Source: a virus
Taxonomy: Duplodnaviria; Caudoviricetes
DNA length: 64,000 nt
Reading direction: 5' to 3' (one strand)
IMG/VR virus record: IMGVR_UViG_3300020112_000918
Span: 69,796-133,795 of that record
Part shown: positions 55,249 through 64,000 of the stretch, piece by piece
Numbering within the stretch: position 1 is the stretch's first letter
Layout: every line of letters starts with the position of its first letter
Program-made: the position numbers and the translations under genes
Notes under the pieces: generated by a model
Seen by the model: only the letters and a program-made list of their open reading frames with translations
What the model was told of the DNA's origin: nothing
Database searches by the model: none

Positions 55249-57432
55249 ATGAGTGATGAATTTGATGATTTCTTTGGGGAAGAAGCCCCTAAAGTAAAAA
55301 ATGCAGAAGTAAAGGAAATCGTAGAGAATCCGATTCTATTTGATGAGCCTGACGCTAATGTTAATGTTCTTTTAGCAGACAAGCTGTCAGACCATCAGAT
55401 AGCTTACCTTGTAAAACTTGCTCACCAGAGCGACGCAAAGGTTCGAGTTATCTACTGTTTTCCTTTTGTAGCTAATGAAAAACACATGGTTAAGGGTATG
55501 GCACGTTTCTTCGTAGAAAATGTTCGTTCAGACCTTAAAAACTTTATTATGCGCAATCATCCTGTAGTGACTGTGGGACGTGCGATTTATGCAACCACCT
55601 TTGATACAGATGTTCAGATTGACGCATTTTATGATTCTATTTTTAATCATACGTATTTTTATTCTCCTTTTGTAGACAATCGTGTTTATCCGATTGACAA
55701 TGCTTTCCGTATTTGTGGATTCGGTCAGCCTGACCCAAAGTCTGGGGAGCCTATCTACTTTTGGGACCGTTTTGAAACAGCTTTTGCTAGGGAACAGTTT
55801 AAACGTGCAGCAAAAGCCGGAAACTGTTCTCTCATGCGTAAACGAAGTATTTCTATTAAAGAAATTGAAAACTGCAATGAATGGCTTCTGGCTCATTCTG
55901 AAAATATTCCTGAGCATGAGCTTTGGGTAGCTGTCGACTCAGAAACAGGTGGTTTCAAGAAACTGGAAAATCGTATTGGAAATATTTCTCTTGCGTTTAA
56001 CGGGTATGAAGCTCTTTACTTGGACTGGAAAAATATCAACCCTAGAATTTTTTCGAAGTTCTTAAATGCTCATAAACTTATTTTCGCAAACGGTAAATTC
56101 GATATTCTGTTCTTCGCTTATCACGGTTGTGACTTACACAAGCTCGATTGGGATACAATGGTTGCTGGACACTTCTTAAATGAGATGCGTTCTAATTCAT
56201 TGAAGACCCACGCTTTCTGGTATACCAATTACGGTGGATATGATCTTGACCTTGAACGTTATAAGTGGAAGTATCCAGGAATGATTGACTACACCAAGAT
56301 TCCTAAGTCTATCCGTATGCCTTACGCAGGAATGGATGCTGCGATTACTTATCAGGTTTGGCAGCGTGAAAAAGAAGACATGATGAAGGAGCCAGAGCTT
56401 TATGAATACTACATTGAGACAGCTGTTCCTATGATTAACGTGTTTGCTAAAGCAGAGTATAAGGGCTTCTGCATTAACTGGGCTGCTATTTCTAAAACAG
56501 GTGACGAGCTTCAGGAAAAACTTAAGGTATGTAAAAAAGCCGTTAGGGATGCTTACAATGAACCTGACCTTGATGTAAACTCAAAACAAGCCGTAGGCGA
56601 TATGCTTCAGGCTCACGGATATCCTGCAATCGATATCGGAAAAACAGGACATTACAAAGTGTCTAAAGTTGAACTTAATGAGTGGAAAAAGCTCGGATAC
56701 AAAGAAGTTGATACTTTGCTTGAACTGTCTAAATGGACTGCTCTTTGGCAGACCTTCATCGGAGAAGATGCTTCTTCAGAAGAAGATCTTACTTCCGAAA
56801 ACGAAGCTGAAGAGTCAGATTCATTCTTTAATGAAAGCTCGACTACTGCTGACAAGTTTAATAATGACTCAACAGGCTTGTGGAAATACAAAGCTCCTGA
56901 CGGATGCGTTCATACAACTTTCCATCCGTTCATGGCTCAGTCTCACAGACATCGCTCAAGTGACCCTAACCTTCAGAATATTCCTAAAAAGAATTATGAA
57001 GCAACCCGTCTTGTGCGAACTGCCTACACAACTCCGGACACAATTCCTTGTAAGCCTGAAGAAGCAGATAAGATTAATCTTCTTTGTAAGGACAGTGGCT
57101 ACGTTTCACTCTACTCAGGAGAGATGATCAATATCGGTGGAAATGTTTGCATGGGAAGGGATATTCCGTCGCTCGACCTTGACTCCCTCGGAATTAGAGC
57201 TGAATATGAGAAGTTTTATAATTCCGACTTCGCAAAAGGAACAGAAAGCTATCTTGAGATTCAGGACTCAGTACGGGGCAAGCTCATACTCCCTATCTAC
57301 GAAGATTCAGCAAAGAAGAAGTTTGTTGAAATCTTCGTTAAGCGTAATGGTTCTGTTCAGAAAGTTTTCACAAAAGACTTACAGGAAGGAGACGAGCTTG
57401 TAGAAACTGATGCAGTTAAAACAGCTTGCTAG
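55249..57432 (+). CDS. polA: family A DNA polymerase, part 1 (3'-5' exonuclease and thumb)
   Basis: VDSET, NGKFD, DTMV, YAGMDA, SSDPNLQNIP. Confidence 0.9.
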   Translation: MSDEFDDFFGEEAPKVKNAEVKEIVENPILFDEPDANVNVLLADKLSDHQIAYLVKLAHQSDAKVRVIYCFPFVANEKHMVKGMARFFVENVRSDLKNFIMRNHPVVTVGRAIYATTFDTDVQIDAFYDSIFNHTYFYSPFVDNRVYPIDNAFRICGFGQPDPKSGEPIYFWDRFETAFAREQFKRAAKAGNCSLMRKRSISIKEIENCNEWLLAHSENIPEHELWVAVDSETGGFKKLENRIGNISLAFNGYEALYLDWKNINPRIFSKFLNAHKLIFANGKFDILFFAYHGCDLHKLDWDTMVAGHFLNEMRSNSLKTHAFWYTNYGGYDLDLERYKWKYPGMIDYTKIPKSIRMPYAGMDAAITYQVWQREKEDMMKEPELYEYYIETAVPMINVFAKAEYKGFCINWAAISKTGDELQEKLKVCKKAVRDAYNEPDLDVNSKQAVGDMLQAHGYPAIDIGKTGHYKVSKVELNEWKKLGYKEVDTLLELSKWTALWQTFIGEDASSEEDLTSENEAEESDSFFNESSTTADKFNNDSTGLWKYKAPDGCVHTTFHPFMAQSHRHRSSDPNLQNIPKKNYEATRLVRTAYTTPDTIPCKPEEADKINLLCKDSGYVSLYSGEMINIGGNVCMGRDIPSLDLDSLGIRAEYEKFYNSDFAKGTESYLEIQDSVRGKLILPIYEDSAKKKFVEIFVKRNGSVQKVFTKDLQEGDELVETDAVKTAC

Positions 57433-57442
57433 GGAGAAATCG

Positions 57443-58210
57443 ATGATAACATCTATAAAAACAATTACAACCATGCCAGCATACAACATTCTTGAGTGTG
57501 ATGGTGAAAACTTACAGGCTCATATTGCTGCGTCTATGTCGCTTGATCCTGCTCTGTGTAAATTGTTCTTGGGTGGAGGAGACTTTCACTCAAATAATGC
57601 GTATTCTATTATGGCTAAGTATCAGTTGTTTACTCCGTTCGAAGTAACTTTCGAAGACGGCAGTAAAGAAGAAATAATGGAGTGGAAGTCGTTTGACTTG
57701 CCTCGTGGAAAACACATAGCCATAAAAGACATCCAGGAAGGAGATGAAATACACGGTAAAAAAGTTTCTTCTATTAAGTTCCTTCCTGCCCGTAAAATCT
57801 CTTACGAAGAATATTATGCTGATGCCAAGCAAGGTCGTCTAAAAGAACTGCGAACAACGGCTAAACTTTGTTTCGCAAGAGGAACAGAAATTTTTACAAC
57901 AAAAGGTTGGCTTCCTATTGAAACAATAGCCGAAAACTCTATAAAAGATTTTGGTCTTTTGTACGAGGGAGACTTAAAAGTCATAGGAAGAGATGGAAAG
58001 CCAAAAGAAATTTATGGCACGATTAATAATAATCCGTCTCCTATGCTGGAATTTGAACTAGAGGACGGAACTTTACTAAAAGTAACGGAGGATCACGAGC
58101 TTTTAGTAAAACGGGATGGAAAGGAAATAAGAATTCTTGCAAAAGACGCTCAAGAAGATGACGACATCCTTGATTTTGAGCATCCTAAAATAAAACCTTC
58201 TGTATTTTAA
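57443..58210 (+). CDS. polA: family A DNA polymerase, part 2 (motif A, DFH, start of motif B) + N-intein
   Basis: ILECDGENLQAHIAASMSLDPAL, GGDFHS, RTTAKL|CFARGT; AGGGAG SD before ATG 57443. Confidence 0.88.
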   Translation: MITSIKTITTMPAYNILECDGENLQAHIAASMSLDPALCKLFLGGGDFHSNNAYSIMAKYQLFTPFEVTFEDGSKEEIMEWKSFDLPRGKHIAIKDIQEGDEIHGKKVSSIKFLPARKISYEEYYADAKQGRLKELRTTAKLCFARGTEIFTTKGWLPIETIAENSIKDFGLLYEGDLKVIGRDGKPKEIYGTINNNPSPMLEFELEDGTLLKVTEDHELLVKRDGKEIRILAKDAQEDDDILDFEHPKIKPSVF

Positions 58211-58430
58211 GAGACCCTGTAAACGTAGTTAAGTTTTCTTCAGTGAAAATTTTGTCTGGAAAAGGTGCTGCCTTTACAGTACTCATGGAATTAAAACTAA
58301 GGGAGCTAGGAATAGAAGTATGAAAATTAAAAAGATTAGAAAAATAGAAGATCAGGAGTCTTTCTGCCTGAATGTTGAAGACCATCTGCTTGTAGTGAAA
58401 ACTAAAACTACACCCGTTGTCGTGCCGAAC
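57869..58430 (+). mobile_element. naturally split intein in PolA motif B
   Basis: IntN CFARGT...VTEDH (113 aa), stop; IntC MKIKKIRKI...VVPN|C (37 aa). Confidence 0.88.
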
Positions 58431-59144
58431 TGCGGATTCGGATTTTTGTTTGGAATGTCTGCCCTTACTTTTGCTTCGTCAACTCTTCGTATGGAATGGT
58501 CTGCAAGTAAGTGTAAAGACTTCATTGTGGAATATCACCTTGAACGTTTGGAAGCTAAACTTAAAGCACAGTATCGTAAGCAGACCGATGATGAGATTGC
58601 TTACCTTACAGTTGCTACGTTCTTCCGTGATGAGTTCTTCAAGATGTATCCTGTTCTTGAAAAATGGATTCTTCAGCAAGGTGCTTTGGCTGCTAAGCAA
58701 GGCTACGTAAGATCTCCTTGGGGAGCAAGACGTCTTCTTCCGCAGCTTACCTATCAGGGACGTCACTCTGACTCTAAGGTAATAAAGAATCTTTCCAACA
58801 TTGCCGTAAACTCACCTGTTCAGAACTATGAAGCAGTGTACATGGCAAAAGCGATGGTAGGAACTGCTAGAGACATGGAAGCTAACGGATTCCACTCTTA
58901 CATTGCGGGAACGGTTCACGACTCTATTGTTCCTTTTACTTTTGTAGAAGAACAGGATGAAGTTCTTAAAATTATGCTTACTTACTTCGCTACAGATTAT
59001 CCTGCTGCTAAGGGAATTCCTTATGCTGGAGAGTGTAACGTAGCTGTTGTCAACGAAGGAGAAATCTGGGGATATGGTTCTTCAGAATGGCACTTAAAAG
59101 AAGTTGCTGATGTTCAGATTAAGCCCCGTAATTATTTTGCTTAG
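58320..59144 (+). CDS. polA: C-intein + family A DNA polymerase, part 3
   Basis: CGFGFLFG, GYVRSPWGARR, AVNSPVQ, TVHDS (motif C). Confidence 0.9.
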   Translation: MKIKKIRKIEDQESFCLNVEDHLLVVKTKTTPVVVPNCGFGFLFGMSALTFASSTLRMEWSASKCKDFIVEYHLERLEAKLKAQYRKQTDDEIAYLTVATFFRDEFFKMYPVLEKWILQQGALAAKQGYVRSPWGARRLLPQLTYQGRHSDSKVIKNLSNIAVNSPVQNYEAVYMAKAMVGTARDMEANGFHSYIAGTVHDSIVPFTFVEEQDEVLKIMLTYFATDYPAAKGIPYAGECNVAVVNEGEIWGYGSSEWHLKEVADVQIKPRNYFA

Positions 59145-59180
59145 TTAACGCTTTTTACAATTTTTTCGGAATTATAAAGC

Positions 59181-59612
59181 GTGAGGGAAATACTTACAGG
59201 AGTTGGAATTATGGACATTATTCGTGAAAAAATCTTGAAAAACTGGATGGACTTTCTAGCAGAGTCTACCAAAGCTCGAGAAAAACTTATGCGTGATTTT
59301 GATAAAGCCATAAGTAAACTCGACAATACTGTAGCTGAGCAACGTCAGGCTACGATCCTTCTTCTTAAGAAAGCTCTTAATCTTAAGGACGGGGATGAAA
59401 TCAGACTTTATAGTAATGGAAACTATGAAATTATCAGGAGGAATTCTATGGAAGACAACAAAACAGAAGTAACAGAAGAAAAAGTTACACTGAATGGACG
59501 TGAAGTATCTCAGGAAGAACTTCAGCGACAGAAAGAAGCAGCTGCTGCCCAGAAAGGTGCTAAACTCGAAGAAGTTAGCAAGGGCAACTACCGCATGAAG
59601 CTCGAGGGATAA
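59181..59612 (+). CDS. hypothetical protein (possibly two genes; internal SD and ATG at 59448)
   Basis: AGGAGG precedes MEDNKTEV. Confidence 0.55.
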   Translation: MREILTGVGIMDIIREKILKNWMDFLAESTKAREKLMRDFDKAISKLDNTVAEQRQATILLLKKALNLKDGDEIRLYSNGNYEIIRRNSMEDNKTEVTEEKVTLNGREVSQEELQRQKEAAAAQKGAKLEEVSKGNYRMKLEG

Positions 59613-59615
59613 GCC

Positions 59616-59957
59616 ATGACATCAGCCACAGAAAGAAAAGCAATCAACGATACTCGTCTTCTTTTCGGAAAGTCATCGACTGAAACTAAAGAATTTTTTG
59701 AGTCTATCGGAATTTCTGCTGTTCTGGCTTATATGAAAGGAGAGTCTATAGAAATTCCTTACGTAGGAACTATAGACATCCTTTATGAAGGAGATCAGGT
59801 AACTTCTAAGGGACGCACAGCAAATCTTAAAGCTACTTTTACTCCTGCTGAGTTTTTGGTTCGTAATATCGGACAGGTTGAAGATGAAACCAAAACAGAT
59901 GCAGAAGAAATCCTTTTAAGCCGTCTTAAACAGATTTTTAAAAATAAGATAAGTTAG
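59616..59957 (+). CDS. HU/IHF-like DNA-binding protein
   Basis: GESIEIPYVGT...GR......FTPAEFL. Confidence 0.55.
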   Translation: MTSATERKAINDTRLLFGKSSTETKEFFESIGISAVLAYMKGESIEIPYVGTIDILYEGDQVTSKGRTANLKATFTPAEFLVRNIGQVEDETKTDAEEILLSRLKQIFKNKIS

Positions 59958-59982
59958 CTTGTCTTAGGAATTCGAGGATTTT

Positions 59983-60765
59983 ATGTCAACAGAAGAAATT
60001 ATTAAATACGGCACTCCCATTGAGAGTGCTGTTGGCTCTTTTAAGCCACAAGACGTTTTTGTCTGGGGAGGTCGTCAGCTCCCTAAGTTCAAATACTACG
60101 AGTACCAGGGAGAAGACTATGCTGTTCCTACTAAAGAATACAAGGCTTATCTCAAGGAAAAAGAAGACGCTCGTCTTGCTAAGGTCGAAGGAGAGTTCAA
60201 GAGGACTCTTGATGACTATTTAGGTAAAGACGTTGCCGGAAACATTCCTAAACTTCGTAGATACGTTCAGGAATTTGAAACAAAGTATTTCAAACATTCC
60301 CTGTATATCTGGTCAAGATTTAATTCTACTCAGAAGACTACAACAGCCCGAGCTGTCTTAAAAGGACTTAAAGATACTTACGGCGAAAAGTTTTCTTGTT
60401 CGTTTGTTTTAGCAAACACTTTAATGAACAACTTAAAGAATTACGACTTCAGTGATGAAGCTAAACAGAAAGTGGAGTTTTACAAGGACGTAGACTACCT
60501 CATTATCGATGACGCTTTTACAGGGGACAAAGTAACCAAGTACAGCTCTGGCTATCAGACTTCTTTCTTGGATACCTTTTTAAGAGAACGCCTTGAAGTT
60601 AAGCGTCGAGCAACTTGTTTTACTTCTAATATTCCTATAGAAGAAATTGGTAAATACTGGGGACCATCTATTGAAGCTCTGGTTAAGCGAACTTCTTTTG
60701 CTATGGAGTTTAATGATGTGCTAGGTAAAGAAACAGACTTTGACATCAATCATATTTTTGACTAA
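59983..60765 (+). CDS. DnaC/IstB-like helicase loader
   Basis: SLYIWS..STQKT (atypical Walker A), VDYLIIDD, TCFTSN; directly upstream of DnaB. Confidence 0.75.
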   Translation: MSTEEIIKYGTPIESAVGSFKPQDVFVWGGRQLPKFKYYEYQGEDYAVPTKEYKAYLKEKEDARLAKVEGEFKRTLDDYLGKDVAGNIPKLRRYVQEFETKYFKHSLYIWSRFNSTQKTTTARAVLKGLKDTYGEKFSCSFVLANTLMNNLKNYDFSDEAKQKVEFYKDVDYLIIDDAFTGDKVTKYSSGYQTSFLDTFLRERLEVKRRATCFTSNIPIEEIGKYWGPSIEALVKRTSFAMEFNDVLGKETDFDINHIFD

Positions 60766-60776
60766 AGAGGATAAAG

Positions 60777-62198
60777 ATGGCATCACCACTTTCATCAATT
60801 ACTAACGAACTTCAGATACTTCATTTCTTGTTAGATGAGCCTGAAAGAGTTGTCGCTATAAAAGATAACTACTTTATTTCATCTGACGGGCATGACTTGT
60901 ATGAAGTTCTTTTCGACTTATACCAGAAAGGTGTTAAGCCAACTAAAGAAAACCTTATAGGAGCAGGAAACTGTGTAAATGAAAAGATTACTCCGGAGCT
61001 GATCGATAAGATTAATTCTGTTGAATACGATCCAATGGCATTTGATCATTATCGCTATTTGCTTCAGGAAGCATACTCTCAGGACCGTATTCAGTCTTAC
61101 ATTCTTAAAGAATGTTCTAAGTCTGTGACAACTAAGGGTCGTCTTGACGTTGAACGGATGGAAGATCTTGTAAGCGATCTGCAGGAGTGTATCAGCTTAG
61201 CAAAACATACAGACAGCGAGCTTAAGTTTTCTGACGCTTTGTTTACTACTTACGAAAAGACTATTGAGCAGCGTGTTGAAGGAGAAAAGTTTTATACCAC
61301 GGGCTGCTCTAAGCTGGATGCTGTTCTTCCAACGGGCTTTGCTCCAAAAGAGATGACTACTATTTTCGGTTCTACGGGTGTTGGTAAATCTACTTTTAAA
61401 ATGTACCTCAAGAATCGTCTCGTAAATCGTGATGTTCCTTGTTTGGATGTTACTCTTGAAATGTCGGAAACAGCAGAAATGGACAGATGGATGGCATCTC
61501 GTCTTCGTATTCCTATGAGCAGCTTAGTAGGAACTCCAACGGAGCCTGTTGATGACTGCGTTCTTCAGATGATTCATAATGAAAAAGAAAAGCTGCTTAA
61601 ACGTAAAAGATATGCTATGCTCGATAGCTCTAAGCTGTCAATACCGGAATTAGAGAAAACGATCATTCAGTTTAAGCTAAAAGCCAAAGTAGACTACGCA
61701 GTTGTTTTAGTAGACTTGGCAACTATGCTGGAAGAGTTCGGTTCCGGAGAGGCAAAGGACTATGAAAAAGCTGTAAACCTTTTGCACCCTGTAGCTAAGA
61801 GAACAAATACACATATAGTTCTTGTAGTTCAGGCAGTTCAGAAGTCTCTGGAAAACCATAGACCAACAACTTTGCAGGGAATTAATCTTTTCAGACCTTC
61901 CCTTGCTTCTATTAAGAACTCTTCTGCGATTGCTGAACGTAGTAGAACTGTTTTGTCTGTATTTCGTGCGAAATACTACGCAACTCGTTTCTTCCCAGAT
62001 GATCCAACAGTTGATGACCTGGAAGACGTTGTTGAAGTTCAGGTTCTTAAGTCTAGTAACGGTGCAGTAGGACAGCGAGTTCAGTATCTGCACGATGAAG
62101 GAATGTTCCGTCTTTTCGCTATTCCGGAAGAATACATTCCTAAAACAATATCGAATTTAGCATCGTTTGCCTCTGGCGATGACGATGATGAATTATAA
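60777..62198 (+). CDS. dnaB: DnaB-like replicative helicase
   Basis: TGCSKLD, GSTGVGKS, TLEMS, VLVD, VLVVQ, IKNSSAIAE. Confidence 0.9.
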   Translation: MASPLSSITNELQILHFLLDEPERVVAIKDNYFISSDGHDLYEVLFDLYQKGVKPTKENLIGAGNCVNEKITPELIDKINSVEYDPMAFDHYRYLLQEAYSQDRIQSYILKECSKSVTTKGRLDVERMEDLVSDLQECISLAKHTDSELKFSDALFTTYEKTIEQRVEGEKFYTTGCSKLDAVLPTGFAPKEMTTIFGSTGVGKSTFKMYLKNRLVNRDVPCLDVTLEMSETAEMDRWMASRLRIPMSSLVGTPTEPVDDCVLQMIHNEKEKLLKRKRYAMLDSSKLSIPELEKTIIQFKLKAKVDYAVVLVDLATMLEEFGSGEAKDYEKAVNLLHPVAKRTNTHIVLVVQAVQKSLENHRPTTLQGINLFRPSLASIKNSSAIAERSRTVLSVFRAKYYATRFFPDDPTVDDLEDVVEVQVLKSSNGAVGQRVQYLHDEGMFRLFAIPEEYIPKTISNLASFASGDDDDEL

Positions 62199-62222
62199 AT
62201 AATCTTTTTGGAGGATAAAAAG

Positions 62223-62330
62223 ATGCCTAAATCACATCACACAAGAAAGGGAGTTACAAGAACTCACACAAGACACAATGCGGGAAGAATTTCTCGCAGT
62301 CGTACAAAATGTCATGGAGGTAAAAAATAA
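62223..62330 (+). CDS. 35-aa highly basic peptide (not in the ORF track)
   Basis: GGAGG SD; MPKSHHTRKGVTRTHTRHNAGRISRSRTKCHGGKK; TAATG-coupled to dut. Confidence 0.65.
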   Translation: MPKSHHTRKGVTRTHTRHNAGRISRSRTKCHGGKK

Positions 62331-62800
62331 TGGAAGAAGTAAAAACAAAATCAGCCAAGACTACCTCTAAAAAATTGGTAGTTCCTTACACATCAGAAAA
62401 CAAGGGCTTCATTCCTACTTACGCTACAAAGGGATCAGCTGGATTTGATGTTTACGCTAATGAATCTTTCTGGCTTGCTCCTGGAAGTTGGAAACCTGTA
62501 AAGACTGGATGGAAGTTTGCTTTGCCAGAAGGATATGCTTTCTTGTCTTGCTCACGTTCCGGAAACTCTGTAAAGCGTGGTCTTATTTCTCACATTGCAC
62601 CTGGAATTCTTGATGCTGACTATCGTGGAGAATGTTTCGCCTGTGTTCGTAATGTTTCACGCTGGTGGAAAAAAGTAAACAAGGGTGACAGAATTCTTCA
62701 GTTCGTAATCGTAAAAGTAGAACAGCCTACTTTTGAATTGGTAGACAGTCTTTCGACTACTGAACGTGGTTCAGGTGGATTTGGTTCAACAGGGAAGTAA
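62330..62800 (+). CDS. dut: trimeric dUTPase
   Basis: SAGFD, RSG, GILDADYRGE, GDRILQ, RGSGGFGSTG. Confidence 0.95.
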   Translation: MEEVKTKSAKTTSKKLVVPYTSENKGFIPTYATKGSAGFDVYANESFWLAPGSWKPVKTGWKFALPEGYAFLSCSRSGNSVKRGLISHIAPGILDADYRGECFACVRNVSRWWKKVNKGDRILQFVIVKVEQPTFELVDSLSTTERGSGGFGSTGK

Positions 62801-62810
62801 GGAGACCTTT

Positions 62811-63362
62811 ATGACAGAAAAAAGAGAAGCAATTTTTGAGGACAAAGAAGAAGTTTGCATGGAAGAAGCCTGTGACGTAGAAGAAGCTATCGAGCAGTTC
62901 GATGAAAAAGCCTTTTACGAAAAGAAAAAGGAATACTTTAAGAAAATCTTTGAAAGAGAAGAACTTCGTGAAAAGCAGCGTGAACTGACTAAAAAGGCTC
63001 GTGAAGAAGTTTTGAAAGAACTTGGTAAAGAAGTCGTAGAAGATGATTCTCCTATTCGGTATGAATGCTGCTCTAAAACTTCGGAAGTAAGCGATGAATA
63101 CTACAAGCAGCTTGTAGAGGACATAAGTCGTCTGACTGCTCGTAATGTTCAGATAATTGCTATCTTTACAGACAAGAAAGCAATTAAGGACGCAGCTGAA
63201 AATGGATTGTCAGGAACTATGGTAGAAGAATACCTTAATAATGAAGCAACTTTGCACACTCTTCTTGACCGTATTCAGTCGATCAATATCGATATTCACA
63301 TCGGTGAAAACTTCAGGAACTCAGTATTCGGTTCCGTAAGTAAGAGAATGTCAGACCGTTAA
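62811..63362 (+). CDS. acidic coiled-coil hypothetical protein
   Basis: AAGGAG SD before ATG 62811. Confidence 0.6.
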   Translation: MTEKREAIFEDKEEVCMEEACDVEEAIEQFDEKAFYEKKKEYFKKIFEREELREKQRELTKKAREEVLKELGKEVVEDDSPIRYECCSKTSEVSDEYYKQLVEDISRLTARNVQIIAIFTDKKAIKDAAENGLSGTMVEEYLNNEATLHTLLDRIQSINIDIHIGENFRNSVFGSVSKRMSDR

Positions 63363-63376
63363 AAAAGAAGGATTCT

Positions 63377-63802
63377 ATGGAAAGAAATTTAGATTTAGAA
63401 GCTCAGGGTATTTTCCCTGAAGGAGATGTCAAGATGGCTACAGAAGAAAAGCCTATTGAAGAAAAAGTTCGTTACGAAGTTATCCAGACTCATTCTGGAC
63501 AGATATTCGTAATTCGTGGTGGTTGGAAATCGTCAGGAAACAAAGTTACTGATATCTATTCATTAACTCCTATTCCTGCAAAAGACGGCAGCGTAACAAT
63601 TACAATTACAAGACTTGATCAGGCAACTCTTTTGTCCGATTCTGACGGAATAGTTCGCATCAAAGAACACGTAATTGATATGTGCTACTACCTTAAGGAT
63701 GATGCCCAGCTTATCTGTAAAGTAGGTGAAGCAGATAAAATCGCTGGAGCTAAGAACTCAGGAATTATTCTTCCGGAAGACACTCCAGGAGTGATCAGAT
63801 GA
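63377..63802 (+). CDS. hypothetical protein (possible Sm-like fold)
   Basis: Beta-rich, ends SGIILP. Confidence 0.5.
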   Translation: MERNLDLEAQGIFPEGDVKMATEEKPIEEKVRYEVIQTHSGQIFVIRGGWKSSGNKVTDIYSLTPIPAKDGSVTITITRLDQATLLSDSDGIVRIKEHVIDMCYYLKDDAQLICKVGEADKIAGAKNSGIILPEDTPGVIR

Positions 63803-63993
63803 CAAATCCAGCCTTACCGACTTATGTAAGGCTTGTTCACGATCGATTTATCTACCGATGGCGAAAAGTTCCTTTTAATAAGAATCTTTTCGTCTTGGCT
63901 TACAACCAGAAAACAGCTTTGGTTGCTTCCCGAGAAAACGGTAGAACTTGGGTCGTAAAGTGGAAAGACCTTAGAGTAACACAGTTCGATTAG
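63799..63993 (+). CDS. hypothetical protein
   Basis: ATGA-coupled. Confidence 0.45.
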   Translation: MTNPALPTYVRLVHDRFIYRWRKVPFNKNLFVLAYNQKTALVASRENGRTWVVKWKDLRVTQFD

Positions 63994-64000
63994 TCTCAAA

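Noticed and set aside
1550-62093. Numerous antisense or nested ORFs in the track (e.g. 1550..1921, 12660..13166, 14505..14945, 30476..31009, 33370..33963, 56669..57127, 61707..62093)
   Set aside because: They are shadows of well-supported genes in another frame or on the other strand.

Overview
A 64-kb segment of a large, AT-rich tailed phage genome with a T4-like myovirus morphogenesis set, read in the standard genetic code. The host cannot be determined from this window. Positions 1-49 kb run almost entirely leftward and carry a tmRNA/tRNA-like RNA cluster, neck, tail and baseplate genes, a prohead protease-scaffold, portal, an ART/PARP-like protein, an AAA+ ATPase, a SNF2 helicase, a 5'-3' exonuclease, a beta-clamp, a DnaX-like loader, a sigma-like protein, a RecU-like resolvase, rIIA/B, terminase, a thymidine hypermodification enzyme, a transglycosylase, dCMP deaminase, NrdG/NrdD and a gp32-like SSB. 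A structured non-coding region of about 1.1 kb marks the strand switch. The rightward arm carries an SF2 helicase, an M14 hydrolase, a family A DNA polymerase, an HU-like protein, a DnaC-like loader, DnaB and dUTPase. The main result is that three core genes are fractured and must be reassembled after transcription or translation. (1) TerL is broken inside an Ala1, class-3-like intein, and its N-half carries an HNH nuclease. (2) PolA is in three ORFs, joined by one true split intein and by one split module that resembles half a Hint domain but has no catalytic residues; the same module recurs intact in PolA and split in TerL. (3) NrdD has an Ala1 GIY-YIG intein, is cut in two by a free-standing endonuclease gene with no intein at the break, and its second half starts with an unannotated 31-codon exon followed by a 292-nt group I intron. 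Other findings are two phage-specific promoter motifs (one giving apparently leaderless mRNAs), a candidate +1 frameshift, a shared N-terminal capsid-targeting-like motif, and several unexplained structured RNAs. All family assignments come from motif recognition by eye; no database searches were run.
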